A DNA stretch of 64,000 nucleotides, from assembly GCA_963755025.1 (NCBI GenBank), contig CAVWIH010000014.1, forward strand, positions 32,001-96,000, given 5' to 3'. Every line of letters starts with the position of its first letter. The first letter of the stretch is position 1. Origin of the DNA: an uncultured Actinomycetes bacterium. Lineage in GTDB: Bacteria; Actinomycetota; Thermoleophilia; UBA2241. The notes below the pieces were generated by a model. That model saw only the letters and a program-made list of their open reading frames with translations, was not told the DNA's origin and did no database searches. Positions 10,236-20,599 of this stretch are shown here, one piece after another. Both the position numbers and the translations under genes were made by a program.

Positions 10236-11337
10236 GGGCCGCCCAGGCCGGCCCCGGCGGCGCCGCCCGGCGGGCCGCCTCGGCGTAAAGCGCGAGGGTC
10301 TGCTCGACCATGGCCGCGACTGAGAGCTCGGTGAGGATCACCGCGCGCCCGGCGGCGCCCATCGCGCAGCGTTCGTCGGGCCGCGCGCGCAGCCAGGCGA
10401 GGCGTTCGGCCAGAGCGTCGGGGTCGGCCGGCCGCACGATGAAGCCGGTGACCCCGTGCCGCACCAGCTCGGGGTTGCCGCCGCCGTCGCCGCAGACGAC
10501 CGGCAGGCCCAGCGCCATGTACTCCATGATCGAGTTGCTGAAGCCCTCGTTGGCCAGGGCGGGGTTGGTCATGAGCACGCCGATGTCGGCGTCGCGCACC
10601 AGACCGAGGACCTCGGACCCCGGCTCGGGGAACGCGACGACACCGCCGTCGACCAGGTCGTGCGCGGCGCCGCGCAGGCGCTCGCGGTCGGGCCCGTCGC
10701 CGACCAGCACAAAGCGCCAGCCGGCCGCGTCGCGGCTCAGCCGGCGGGCGGCGTCGAGCACGACGTCGTAGTGCTTGACCGGCGTCATGCGGCCGGTCAT
10801 GACCACGGTGCAGCACTCGGGGTCGGTCCGGCGCTCCAGGTCGAGCTGGGCCAGGCGCGTCTGGTCGAACCCGTTGTAGACCACGCGGCCCTTCGTGGGG
10901 CTCACTCTCCAGGCGCGCAACCCGGCGCGCGTGTTGGCGACGACGAGCGTGGCGCCGGCCAGGCCGAGGCGCTTGAGGCGGGTGTGGTCGAGGTCGACGG
11001 CGCCGCTGCGGATCATGCCGTTGACGAGCGGGATACCCAGCACCCGGCACAGGGGCGCCGCCGCCAGGCCCGCCATCCAGCTCCACGCGTGCACGACGTC
11101 GGGCCGCCACGAGCGCAGCACCGACAGCAACGCGCCGGCCGGCGCCGGATCGAAACGAAAGCGCCGCTGCCGCACGGTGACGTCGACGTCGCGGTCGCGC
11201 AGATACCCGGTGAAGGTACCGCCGTCCATGGCCCAGACCCGCGCCTCCCACTCCGGCGGCAGGCTCGTGGCGAGCAGCGCGAGCTGGCGCTCGAGCCCGC
11301 CGTTGACCAGCGTGTCGGCCAGCAGCAGGACCCTCAC
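10186..11337 (-). CDS. Glycosyltransferase family 4
   Basis: GGLERQL, EGFSNSIMEYMALGLPVV. Confidence 0.9.
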   Translation of the reverse strand: MRVLLLADTLVNGGLERQLALLATSLPPEWEARVWAMDGGTFTGYLRDRDVDVTVRQRRFRFDPAPAGALLSVLRSWRPDVVHAWSWMAGLAAAPLCRVLGIPLVNGMIRSGAVDLDHTRLKRLGLAGATLVVANTRAGLRAWRVSPTKGRVVYNGFDQTRLAQLDLERRTDPECCTVVMTGRMTPVKHYDVVLDAARRLSRDAAGWRFVLVGDGPDRERLRGAAHDLVDGGVVAFPEPGSEVLGLVRDADIGVLMTNPALANEGFSNSIMEYMALGLPVVCGDGGGNPELVRHGVTGFIVRPADPDALAERLAWLRARPDERCAMGAAGRAVILTELSVAAMVEQTLALYAEAARRAAPPGPAWAALTTAPRCAPPPPTSPD

Positions 11338-12332
11338 AGGGGCTTCACTGCGAGGCGGCCGCCGGCAAGCAGCGCGTCGGCGATCGGGGTGAGCGTGGCG
11401 AACTCACCGCCCGCGCGGGTCACGAAGCCAAAGAACGAGTCGAGGCAGTCGAGCAGGTCACGCACCGACCGCGCGTCGGGGCGAAAGGGGCTCCCGCCGG
11501 GCATGAGCTCGCTGCTGTGGAACATCATGACGAGCGTGTCGAGCCCGAGGCGGGCGGCGCAGCGCCACAGGTCGGCGAGGTCGGCGGCGGTAAGGCGCGG
11601 GTCGGGGGTGAGCCACATGGGCTGAGGGCGCAGCCAGCGCGACAACAGCAGCTTGCGGGCGGCGCGCACCGGCAGGAGCTGGTAGGCGCCGAGCAGGGCG
11701 GGCGACCTGCGCAAGATGGTGTAGGTCGGGATGATGGTGACGGGGATCTCGACCAGCGGACGCTCGCCGGCGCCGAGCAGGAACGGGCGCGGCAGGTGTG
11801 CGCTGAAATCGGGCCCGCCCTCGCCGCCCAGGCCCGCGTGCTTGCGCCACGACCACAGCGGGGTCACCGACGAGTCGACCGTATAGCCGGCCGCGGCCAG
11901 GAACGCCGCGCTGCGGTCGTCGAAGCCGAACCGGCCCGCCCGGTACGACGTGGGGCGGCCGCCGAACGCGGCCACGAACTGCTCGGTCAGCGTGGCGATC
12001 TTGTCGCCCAGCAGGTCGCCGGGAAGCTGCGACGGAAAGGCGTGGTCGGGGTCGTTATAGCGCAGGCCCGGCCGGTCGACGAAGGGCGGCGTCGTCCAGG
12101 GGTGCAGGTGGGTGCCCACCTCGGCGGCGCCGCGCGACGCCCACGAGGTGAGCAGCTCGCGACCTTGGTCGTCGGCCATGATCTCGGTCGTGACGAGGTA
12201 GGTCGGAGCGGCGCCGTGGCGCTCGCAGAGTTCCTGGAACGGAGCCCAGAAGCCGACGTTGCGCGTGGTCAGCGGCGCACCGTGGTCCCACTGGCCGTCG
12301 GCTTCGGTGTCGATGGTGACGGCGAGTCTCAT
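11334..12332 (-). CDS. Polysaccharide deacetylase (CE4/WalW-like)
   Basis: VTIDTEAD, EVGTHLHPW, SYRAGRFG, VDSSV, MFHSSELMPGGSP. Confidence 0.85.
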   Translation of the reverse strand: MRLAVTIDTEADGQWDHGAPLTTRNVGFWAPFQELCERHGAAPTYLVTTEIMADDQGRELLTSWASRGAAEVGTHLHPWTTPPFVDRPGLRYNDPDHAFPSQLPGDLLGDKIATLTEQFVAAFGGRPTSYRAGRFGFDDRSAAFLAAAGYTVDSSVTPLWSWRKHAGLGGEGGPDFSAHLPRPFLLGAGERPLVEIPVTIIPTYTILRRSPALLGAYQLLPVRAARKLLLSRWLRPQPMWLTPDPRLTAADLADLWRCAARLGLDTLVMMFHSSELMPGGSPFRPDARSVRDLLDCLDSFFGFVTRAGGEFATLTPIADALLAGGRLAVKPL

Positions 12333-13570
12333 CGCGACCGATCGTCGGCTCGAAGACGCACGAGAGCCTCCACCCGGCGCTCGGCGTTCGCCAGAGCGCA
12401 GACCGCAGGCGAGCAGACCTTCTCGTGGATCGCCAGCGACCTGGTCAAGTGGTCAAGCGAGGCGAAGCCCCGTTTGAACTGGTTGATGCCCCACAGCGAG
12501 TCGCCGGGTCGCGCCATCATGGAGTAACCGACGAGGTCGAACGTCGTGCAGCCGTGCAGCCGCGCCCAGCGCATGGCCTCGTAGACAAGCAGGTGGCTGG
12601 CCGGAAGCTTGTCGTGATGGTGCGACGAGGGGATGACCGGCAGGTAGGCGGTCGAGCCGTGGACGATCACGAGAGCGGCCGCCAGCGGCTCGCCGTCGTG
12701 GCGCGCGACGAGCACGGTGCCACCGGACCCATCGATCCTGCCCGCCATCCAGGCGGCTTCGATGCGCGCCAGCGTCGCTTCGTCGAGCTCGGGCACCGGC
12801 GCCCTGCGCCGGAGCTCCGCCTGCAGGCTCGAGAGCGTCGACCAGCCTGACGGTGTGTCTTCGACGCGCACCTCTATGCCGTGGCGCTGCGATTGACGGA
12901 TGGCGCGCCGGGTCTCGGCCCGAAACGAAGCGAGGACATCGTCGTCGTCGTGCCCGATGTCGACCAGCAGCGTCGCCCAGCCGCCCATGGCCCGGCGCCG
13001 CGCGAAGCCCTGGCGCTCGAGGATGGTCTCGGCGTCGTCGCCGCCGGCGTCGAGGCGCATGGCGGGTTGGACCCGCAGCCGGGCCGCCTCGCGACCGAGC
13101 CGCCCGCCGAGCCACGACAGCCAGTCGTCGAGGACGGCGCTGTCGAGGACCAGCGGACCCCGGTTGAACTCCCAGAAGACGCGGCCGGGGAGAGGCAAGT
13201 GACGCCGCACGCCGAGCGCCGTCAGGCAGATGACGCCGTCGCGCTCGGCCCAGAAGAAGAAGGGCTGCCGCGCCGTCGAGCCGCTGCCGCAGCGCTCGAC
13301 CTCGGCCCACGCCGGATCCTGGTGATAGCTGGCCCAGGGCACGCCGTGGGCGAACTCACGCCAGCGCAAGGGCTGCTCGCCATCGAGTCGCGGCGCGGCG
13401 AAGTACCGCAGTCCGGCCGCCGGGCTCGCCGCCGGGCTCGCCGGGGCCGCAGTCGAGGCCGCCGGGACCATGATCGAGGTCGCCGTCGGGCTCTCCGAAC
13501 TCCCCGACGACCGCGCGGCGCCTTCGACCCTATGCAGCGGACTGTTGACCCTCGCCCCCGTCATCGTCAT
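12329..13570 (-). CDS. FemAB/FemX-like aminoacyltransferase (GNAT superfamily)
   Basis: YHQDPAWAEV, RRAIRQSQRHGIEV, EAMRWARLHGCTTFDLVG, GINQFKRGF. Confidence 0.8.
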   Translation of the reverse strand: MTMTGARVNSPLHRVEGAARSSGSSESPTATSIMVPAASTAAPASPAASPAAGLRYFAAPRLDGEQPLRWREFAHGVPWASYHQDPAWAEVERCGSGSTARQPFFFWAERDGVICLTALGVRRHLPLPGRVFWEFNRGPLVLDSAVLDDWLSWLGGRLGREAARLRVQPAMRLDAGGDDAETILERQGFARRRAMGGWATLLVDIGHDDDDVLASFRAETRRAIRQSQRHGIEVRVEDTPSGWSTLSSLQAELRRRAPVPELDEATLARIEAAWMAGRIDGSGGTVLVARHDGEPLAAALVIVHGSTAYLPVIPSSHHHDKLPASHLLVYEAMRWARLHGCTTFDLVGYSMMARPGDSLWGINQFKRGFASLDHLTRSLAIHEKVCSPAVCALANAERRVEALVRLRADDRSR

Positions 13571-13779
13571 TACCCCGTCGGCGCGGCCGTCGCTCGCTCA
13601 AGTGCTCGCGACCCCTGCCTTGAGCCGGCGAACGCGCTCGCCCATAGTTTATTCCATCGACGACGTCAAACTGGCGTGACGAGCGTTTGCCGGTGAAAGA
13701 ATGGAGCCGCTCACCGGCGCCCGACCGCCGTTGTCCTTTCTGCCGGACTGACCGTCCAGCAGGTCTCCAGAGGGGTCAC

Positions 13780-15998
13780 ATGCCACACCTGAGCGTCTCG
13801 ACGGTCGTACCCACGTACAACCGCGCGCGCCTGCTCGAGCGCGCGCTGCGCTCGGCGCTCGCCGAGTGCCGGCCCGGCGACGAGATCATCGTCGTCGACG
13901 ACGGCTCGAGCGACGACACCGAGGCCGTCGTGCGCGACCTCGGGCCGGCGCTGCGCTACCTGCGCACGCCTCACCTCGGCGCCGGGGCGGCGCGCAACGC
14001 GGGTGTGGAGGCCGCGACCGGCGACCTGGTCGCCTTTCTCGACTCCGACGACGAATGGGCGCCGGGCAAGCTCGCCTGGCAGCGCGCCGTCATGGAGCAG
14101 TTCCCCGACGTCCTCTATCTGTTCAGTGACTTCGGCGGCGTCGACTGGACGGGCGAGCGGCAGCACGAGCGCATCTCGTCGTGGCGTGGCGACCAGCGCC
14201 CCTGGACCGAGGTCCTGGGCCCGGCGGTCTCCTCGACGACGATCGCCGGCCTGCCGCCCGGTGCGCCGCAGTTCGACCTGCACGTCGGTGACTTCTACGA
14301 CGCCTACCTGCGCGACTGGTGCGTGTACACCTGCACGGTGGTCGTGCGCCGCGAACAGGCCGCGGCGGCGTTGCGCTTTGCCGAAGACCTTCCGACCTAC
14401 GAAGACGTCGAGTGTTTCGCGCGGCTCGCGAGGCACGGTCTGGCCGGCTACATGACGTGCGAGACCGCCTGGCAGCATGGCCACACAGGGACGCGTCTGA
14501 CCGACGCCGACCCCGCCACCCGAGCCGACGCCGCGGTCACGATCGTGCGCCGCGTCTGGGGGGCCGATCCTCGAGTTTCTCGGCCGTGCGGGCAAGCGGC
14601 GCGAGCTCGAGGCGGTCATCGACGAGCACCGCGCCCGCAAGGCGCGCGCCCTCCTCGCGGCCGGCCAGGCCGAGCAGGCTCGCCTCGAGCTCGCTCGCTG
14701 CTTTGGCTTTCCCTGGTCGCTGTACCTCCTCACCCTTCTGCCCGTCAGCGTGACGCGCCTCGGCGTGACGGGTGTGCGCCTGGCGCGAGCGTTGCAAGCT
14801 CACGGCGCGCCGGCTTCTCTGCCGGACGGCTGGAGCATCGTCGAGCACCGTGGCAGCGAGGCGTTCGCGAAGCTGCAGGCCGACTGGGACCGTCTCTGCG
14901 ACGCCATGCCGCAACGCACCGCCTTTCAGGCTCGCGAAGCGCAGCGTGCCTATGCCGAACTGCTCATGGATGCGCCCGACCGCTTGCGTTGCCTCGTGCT
15001 GCACGACGGCGACACCGTGCGGGCCATCTGTCCGCTCGAGGCACGGACCGACGACGTCCTGGGGCCCAGGCTCGCCGTCTGGGGCGTGCCCTGGCACCCT
15101 CACCTGCTGGTGTCCGACGTGGTCTGCCCCGAAGACGACGCTCGCGGGGTGCTGATCCCCGCGCTCGCCGAGTACCTGCGACGCGAACCGCGCGGCGGGC
15201 GCTTCGCGGTCCTCGGTCCATTGCCGGCTGCGTCGGCGCTGTGGGACGGGCTGCGCGGGCTCGGCCCCCTCGGCTACTGCCTGCAGAACGCCGAGCCCTG
15301 CGACATCTTCGACTGCGCACGACCGTTCGACGAGCTCATGGCGCGGCTCTCCAAGCACTTCCGCCGCAACCTGCGCGCCCACCGCAAGAAGCTCGAGTCG
15401 TTTGCCGACGTGCGCTTCGTGACCGCCACGGGCGACGACCTGGCCGCGGCGTTCGAGACCTTCGTCGCCGTCGAGGCCTCGGGCTGGAAGGGCGCGTCGG
15501 GCGTGGGCAGCGCGATCGCGCTGCACCCGGACCTGCTCGCGTTCTATCGTCGCCTCGCCGCGAGCACCCGTGATCGCTGCGAGATCGAACTCGCTCGTCG
15601 CCGACGGCCGCTGCCTCGCCACCCAGTTCTGCATGGTCAGCGGCGAACAGTACTCCATCCTGAAGATCGCCTACGACGAGGACTACGCTCGCATCGCTCC
15701 CGGGCTCCTGCTGCTCGAGACAACGCTCGAACGGTGCTGCGCCGATCCCGCCATCAGCCGCATGAGCCTGGTGACCGACGGCGCCTGGCAGCGCGACTGG
15801 CGCCCCGACGTGATCGCCATGCAGCGCGCCTACCTGGGGCTCGGCCGCTGGTCGGCAAGGCCACTGGCCGCGTTGCTCAGCCTGCGGTTCGGACCCGAGC
15901 CCCGGCTCGTGGTCTGGGCGCGCGAGCGCCGGGCCAGGAACCGCAGCAAACGCTGCAGGTTGCTTCACGTCTCGGGTAGATATGCCGACTACTCGTAG
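13780..15998 (+). CDS. GT2 glycosyltransferase fused to a CelD/BcsL-type GNAT acyltransferase (frameshifts near 14570 and 15590)
   Basis: VVPTYNRA...FLDSDD GT2 domain. After a 1-nt slip the frame runs without a stop into WDRL...LSKHFRRNLR...EASGWKG, then LKIAYDEDYARIAPGLLL. Confidence 0.7.
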
Positions 15999-16129
15999 GC
16001 GACCCGCGACCGCGAGGCGGTCACGGGTCGGCCGACGGCCTACACGCCCGTGAAGACGCTGGCCGCGTCGTCGTCCGGACCTTGTCCGGTCAGACCGGCC
16101 AGGCGACCTTCGCCCTACAAGGAGGAGCA

Positions 16130-17089
16130 GTGTCACAGGACCGAGTACTCGTCACCGGCGGAGCCGGTTTCATCGGGTCTAACATCGTCGACGCCCTGCT
16201 GGCCGACGGCTCGTACACGGTGAGGGTGCTCGACAGCTTCGCCACCGGGCACCGCGGCAACCTCGCGCACTGCCTCTCCGACATCGAGCTGGTCGAGGGC
16301 GACATGCGCGACGTCGAGACCGTCGAAGAGGCGGTCGACGGCGTGCAGCTCATCCTGCACGAGGCGGCGCTGCCGTCGGTGAGCCGTTCGGTCAAGGCCC
16401 CGGTCACCACGAACGCCGTCAACGTCGAAGGCACGCTCAAGCTCCTGAGCGCCGCGCGGCGGGCGGGCGTCAAACGGGTGGTGCTGGCGTCGTCGTCGTC
16501 GGTCTACGGCGACGGCCACGAGCTGCCCAAGTCCGAAGAGATGCCGCCGCGCCCCATGTCGCCCTATGCGGTCACCAAGCTGGCCGCCGAGAACTTCTGT
16601 CGCGTGTTCTCAGAGATCTACGGCCTCGAGACGCTCGCCTTGCGCTACTTCAACGTCTTCGGCCCGCGCCAGGACCCCACGTCGCAGTACTCGGGAGTGA
16701 TCGCCCGCTTCGCCACCTGTGCCCTGAAGAACATCCCCTATCGCGTCTACGGCGACGGCCTGCAGTCGCGCGACTTCTCGTTCATCGACAACATCGTCCA
16801 CGCCAACCTGCTCGCCCTGCGCGCCCCGCGCGTCACCGGCGAGGTGGTCAACGTGGCCTGTGGCGAGCGCATCACGCTGCTCGACATGATCGCCATCCTG
16901 AACTCGCTGGTCGGTCGCGAGATCGCGGTCGAGTTCGTGCCGCCGCGCCCCGGCGAGGTGCGCCACTCCCAGGCGGCCATCGGCCGGGCGGCCGAGCTGC
17001 TCGACTACCGCCCCGTCGTCGACTTTCGCGAGGGCCTGGCGCGCACGTTCGCCTGGTACCGCGAGCAGGAAACGGTGCCAGTGGTCTAA
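16130..17089 (+). CDS. NAD-dependent nucleotide-sugar 4-epimerase (WbpP-like SDR)
   Basis: LVTGGAGFIGS, SSSVYG, SPYAVTK, RYFNVFGPRQDP. AGGAGG Shine-Dalgarno. Confidence 0.92.
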   Translation: MSQDRVLVTGGAGFIGSNIVDALLADGSYTVRVLDSFATGHRGNLAHCLSDIELVEGDMRDVETVEEAVDGVQLILHEAALPSVSRSVKAPVTTNAVNVEGTLKLLSAARRAGVKRVVLASSSSVYGDGHELPKSEEMPPRPMSPYAVTKLAAENFCRVFSEIYGLETLALRYFNVFGPRQDPTSQYSGVIARFATCALKNIPYRVYGDGLQSRDFSFIDNIVHANLLALRAPRVTGEVVNVACGERITLLDMIAILNSLVGREIAVEFVPPRPGEVRHSQAAIGRAAELLDYRPVVDFREGLARTFAWYREQETVPVV

Positions 17090-17094
17090 CGACG

Positions 17095-17138
17095 GCGACG
17101 GCCGGGGGCGGCGCCATGCGCCGCCCCCCGGCCGTCGC
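17095..17138. terminator. GC-rich hairpin between convergent genes
   Basis: gcgacggccgggggcggcgc-cat-gcgccgccccccggccgtcgc inverted repeat. Confidence 0.6.
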
Positions 17139-17191
17139 TCCCGGCCGCGGCGCGCGAGCGCGCCCCAGCCGTGGCTACCGGTCGGCCGGAG

Positions 17192-18116
17192 TTACTTGCG
17201 GACCGGCATCTTGTTGTTCGCGCAGGTGCCGTTCGGGCGACCACATGGCGCGGCCCGCCGGCGTCTTGCCGGTGAGGCTGCTCTTCGACAGGTTGTTGTT
17301 GGAGCTGTCGGTCCAGTAGCCGGCGTTCCAGGCCTGGCCCAGCGTGAAGTGGCAGCCCGTGAAGACGGCGCCGTTGACGCTCTGCAGCTCGGTCAGGCGC
17401 GCAGTCGAGGAGTCGGTCGCGACGCTCTCGTAGCGCTTGGCATAGTCGATCGTGACGTTACGGAACACGAGGTGGCCGTTGCCGCTGGGGCCCTCGAGGT
17501 TCAGGGCGTTCTTGCGGCAGGCGTAGATCTTTGTGTTCTGCACGGTGAAGTGCGTGGGACCGTTGATCTCGATGGCGCCGGACCAGGCAGGGTTGGTCTG
17601 GTTGTCGGAACCCATGATGGTCACGCCCGAGATGAGGTCGGACGACGCGAAGTAGCCACCGTCGTACGACATGGCCTCTTCTGCCGAAGGCTCGATGACC
17701 GTGTCGATCACCTTGATGTGCTTGGGACCGACGCTGTTCGAAGCCGGCCGCTGCGTGACCTCGATGCCCATGCGGCCCGCGCTCAGGATGCGGCAGTGGG
17801 TGAAGGTGATGTCGTGGATGTTACCGTTCGTCGCGTTGATCGTGATGCCGTTGTAGGGCCCGCGGTCGATCGTGCAGTGCGTGAAGGTGATGTTGCGGGC
17901 GGCGTGGTTGATGGTGAGCACGGCGGTGCTGCTGTTGCCGCCCTTGAACGTGACGTGGTCGTACACCCGGTTGTGGGCGCCGGACGGCACGTTGTAGGTC
18001 GTGAAGGTCTTGTTCTTGATGGTGGTCGCGTGGGCGGTAGCCGGATTGAGTGCGACGGCCAGCAGGGCGCTCACGAGAAGGGCGAGGACCGCTATGGCCA
18101 CGATGCTGCGTTTCAT
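17192..18116 (-). CDS. Secreted beta-helix (pectin lyase-like) protein, paralog of gene 1 (frameshift near 17235)
   Basis: Signal peptide MKRSIVAIAVLALL...ATAHA. Shares GGNxSTAVLT, AGRMGIExTQRPASN and AWNAGYWT with gene 1. The corrected end NNKMPVRK* resembles the gene 1 end SNKMPTQE. Confidence 0.85.
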
Positions 18117-18384
18117 CCAGAACTCCGTTTCCTTGCCACTCGAAGGTCGGCGGCGACCCTGAGGGTCGCGGTGGAGGCCGTCCTTCCTTGCCGTGTCGCG
18201 CCTTTCTGTTCGCGACCTCGGCTCCTCCCGGGCGGCAGGAGCTGCGCACCCCTCGCCCGGCTCGTCAGATGGACCGACGCCTCGCCGCCTGCGCAGCAAG
18301 CGAGCGTCGGATCCGGCGGTCTCGAGACATGCCGAGACCACGCCGAAGCGGCCGCGAACGACCGTCGGCGACTGCCGTCTGGGA

Positions 18385-18495
18385 TCAGCGAACGAAGGGG
18401 GTCACCGCGCGGTCATCTCGAACGAGGAGTGAGATGGGGCGGTAGGGGGTATAGAGGTCGTGCAAGTGGGCCGGGGCCAATCGTCTACGGTGCAT
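18385..18495 (-). CDS. Putative 36-aa leader/small peptide MHRRRLAPAHLHDLYTPYRPISLLVRDDRAVTPFVR
   Basis: Strong GAAAGGAGG Shine-Dalgarno 6 nt upstream of the ATG. Below the ORF-track length cutoff; no recognised homology. Confidence 0.35.
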   Translation of the reverse strand: MHRRRLAPAHLHDLYTPYRPISLLVRDDRAVTPFVR

Positions 18496-18802
18496 GACCT
18501 GCCTCCTTTCGGAAGTCTGGCGGACCTCCTTGGGTGGGCGCCGTCAATAAGCGCGCCGTTCGTTTTTGGTCGGTTCTTCGCGTTGCCTAGCCAGTAAACG
18601 TTGGGAACCATACCGGCCCACTGCGTATGGGTCAACCATCCCTCCCGCTAGTACCAAAATCGTCGGATTGCAGGTAATTTCGTAGTTTGTGCTGCAATTC
18701 ACGAATAGCCGCGCGAGGCCCGTCGCGCTCCCCGGCGGCCTTCGATTTTCCTTCCGTACTACTCCGCAGCTACCCACCGCACAGCCCCCACCGACGCCAA
18801 GT

Positions 18803-18936
18803 CCGGGGGCGCTCTCAACGGCTGCCACCGGCGGCCCGGGGGCGCTCGCAGTGGCTGCCACCGGCGATCAGCGGCCGCCTTCTCAACGGTTGCCACCGGC
18901 GATCCGGGTGCGTTTGCAACGGCTACGACCGGGGGG
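18803..18936. repeat. Four imperfect ~33-35 bp tandem repeats (core caacggctgccaccggcg)
   Basis: Units start at about 18803, 18836, 18869 and 18904, in the intergenic region between divergent beta-helix genes. Confidence 0.8.
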
Positions 18937-19048
18937 TTCGCGGTAGACTCTCGCGGCGACCGCCGGTCGTGGCCTTGGGTCGCCGGCGACCCCGCGCGAA
19001 CGCCCGAGCCGATGCTGCTCGGGGAGATGCCAGACGAACGCGAGGCCG

Positions 19049-20515
19049 GTGAGCGAGACGCGATCCCCAGAGGCCGACGGTGCGGGAGCCGGGCGCGGGC
19101 ACGACCCGTCGTCGCCCGCGGGCGCGGCGCCCGGTCGGTCGCGGCGCGCGCGCCGCACGCGCCGACTGGTCGTGCTCGCCGTCGTCGCCGCCGTGCTTGC
19201 GGGCGCGGCGATCGCGACCGTGGTGCTCACCCACAGCGGCGGGGTGCCCGCGGGAGCCGTCTCAGTGGCCGCCTACGGCGCCCGGGGCGACGGCGCGACA
19301 GACGACACCAAAGCGATCGACAGGGCGCTCAGCGCCGCCACAGCGGCCCACAAGGCGCTGTACTTTCCGGCGGGCACTTACAAAGTCGGCGCCCTCGCCG
19401 TGCCGCGCGGCGCCGACCTCGTGGGCGCCGGCGCCCGCAGCTGGCTGTCGGGCCGCCTCGAGATCGCCGGGGACAGCCGCCTGCGCGACATGGAGCTGGG
19501 CGTCAAAGGCGCCGCCCTGCACTTCGTCGACGGCGCCTCGCACACGACCTTCGAGCAAGTCACCTTCACGGGTGGCGGCGCCATGAGCGGCGACGGCTGC
19601 GTGGTGTCGTTCGAGTCGGGGCGCGCCGCGTCGTACCTCACCTTTCGCGACTGCACGATCGAGGCGAACCCGTTCGACGGCAACGGCGTGAGCCTGAACA
19701 GCCTGGGTTGGAGCGGCGCCACCTATCACGACATCGTCTGGCAGCGCTGCCACTTCATGGGCTCGCCGCGCATGGACCTGGAGTGCACGCAGCGCTTCGA
19801 CGGCGTGCACGCGATCACCGCCGGTTACCACACCATCACGGTCAACGACTGCCTCTTTGAGCCCTCAGGTTCCGAGGCGATCTCGTTCGACGCGACCGGC
19901 AGGGGCGGCCTCTCGACGATCTCGGGTTGCACCATCAAGGGGGCCGGCTGGAACAGCGCCTACCCCTGGCAGGAGGGAGTCGAGTTCAACCACGCCGTCG
20001 GCATGCGGTTCGTCGACAACACCGTCTACCGCTGCCGGGGGGCGATGATCAACTACGGCTCCGACCAGAGCGTCGCGGTCGACAACGTGCTCTCCGGCAA
20101 CCGCTTCGACGCCACCAGGACGTTCATCTCGGTGTCGCCGCCCTCGACCTCGGCGATCATCTACTTCTCTGGTGTCAACGGGGCGCAGTTCACGGACAAC
20201 CTGGTGAAGAGCGACGTCGGCGGCCAACTGCTCTACCTGAGCGCCTCGCCGAACAACCACTTCACCAACGACCGCTTCATCGACACGCGCAGCGGCTACA
20301 ACGCCCACCAGTGCGCCTGGCTCACGAGCGGCTCGTCGGGCAACACCTTCAGCGCCGATCTCTTTCAGTCGCCGCTGCCCACCGGCCTGCTGCACGTCGA
20401 GGCGGGCGCGACGGGCACCACGGTGCGCGACAGCACCTTCGTGACCTTCGGAGCGCCGGTGCTCGACACGCCGCCCGGCGTGACGGTCACCCTCGTGAAC
20501 AACACGCGGCGCTAG
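19049..20515 (+). CDS. Membrane-anchored beta-helix protein (pectate lyase 3/GH28-related)
   Basis: N-terminal TM helix, VSVAAYGARGDGATDDTKAI..ALYFPAGTY motif, beta-helix repeats. Confidence 0.85.
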   Translation: MSETRSPEADGAGAGRGHDPSSPAGAAPGRSRRARRTRRLVVLAVVAAVLAGAAIATVVLTHSGGVPAGAVSVAAYGARGDGATDDTKAIDRALSAATAAHKALYFPAGTYKVGALAVPRGADLVGAGARSWLSGRLEIAGDSRLRDMELGVKGAALHFVDGASHTTFEQVTFTGGGAMSGDGCVVSFESGRAASYLTFRDCTIEANPFDGNGVSLNSLGWSGATYHDIVWQRCHFMGSPRMDLECTQRFDGVHAITAGYHTITVNDCLFEPSGSEAISFDATGRGGLSTISGCTIKGAGWNSAYPWQEGVEFNHAVGMRFVDNTVYRCRGAMINYGSDQSVAVDNVLSGNRFDATRTFISVSPPSTSAIIYFSGVNGAQFTDNLVKSDVGGQLLYLSASPNNHFTNDRFIDTRSGYNAHQCAWLTSGSSGNTFSADLFQSPLPTGLLHVEAGATGTTVRDSTFVTFGAPVLDTPPGVTVTLVNNTRR

Positions 20516-20526
20516 GGGAATGGCGC

Positions 20527-20599
20527 CGGCGGCAGCCGGCGGCCTAGTAGGCGCCGCGCTTGTCGGCGGCTGCCGGCGGCTTAGTAGGCGCCGCGCTTG
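20527..20599. repeat. Tandem 36-bp duplication that includes the 3' end and stop codon of the sugar transferase gene
   Basis: cggcggc(a/t)gccggcggc(c/t)tagtaggcgccgcgcttg occurs twice, period 37. Confidence 0.75.

Noticed and set aside
18803-18936. Possible CRISPR array
   Set aside because: The repeats are directly adjacent with no unique spacers, and there are no cas genes.
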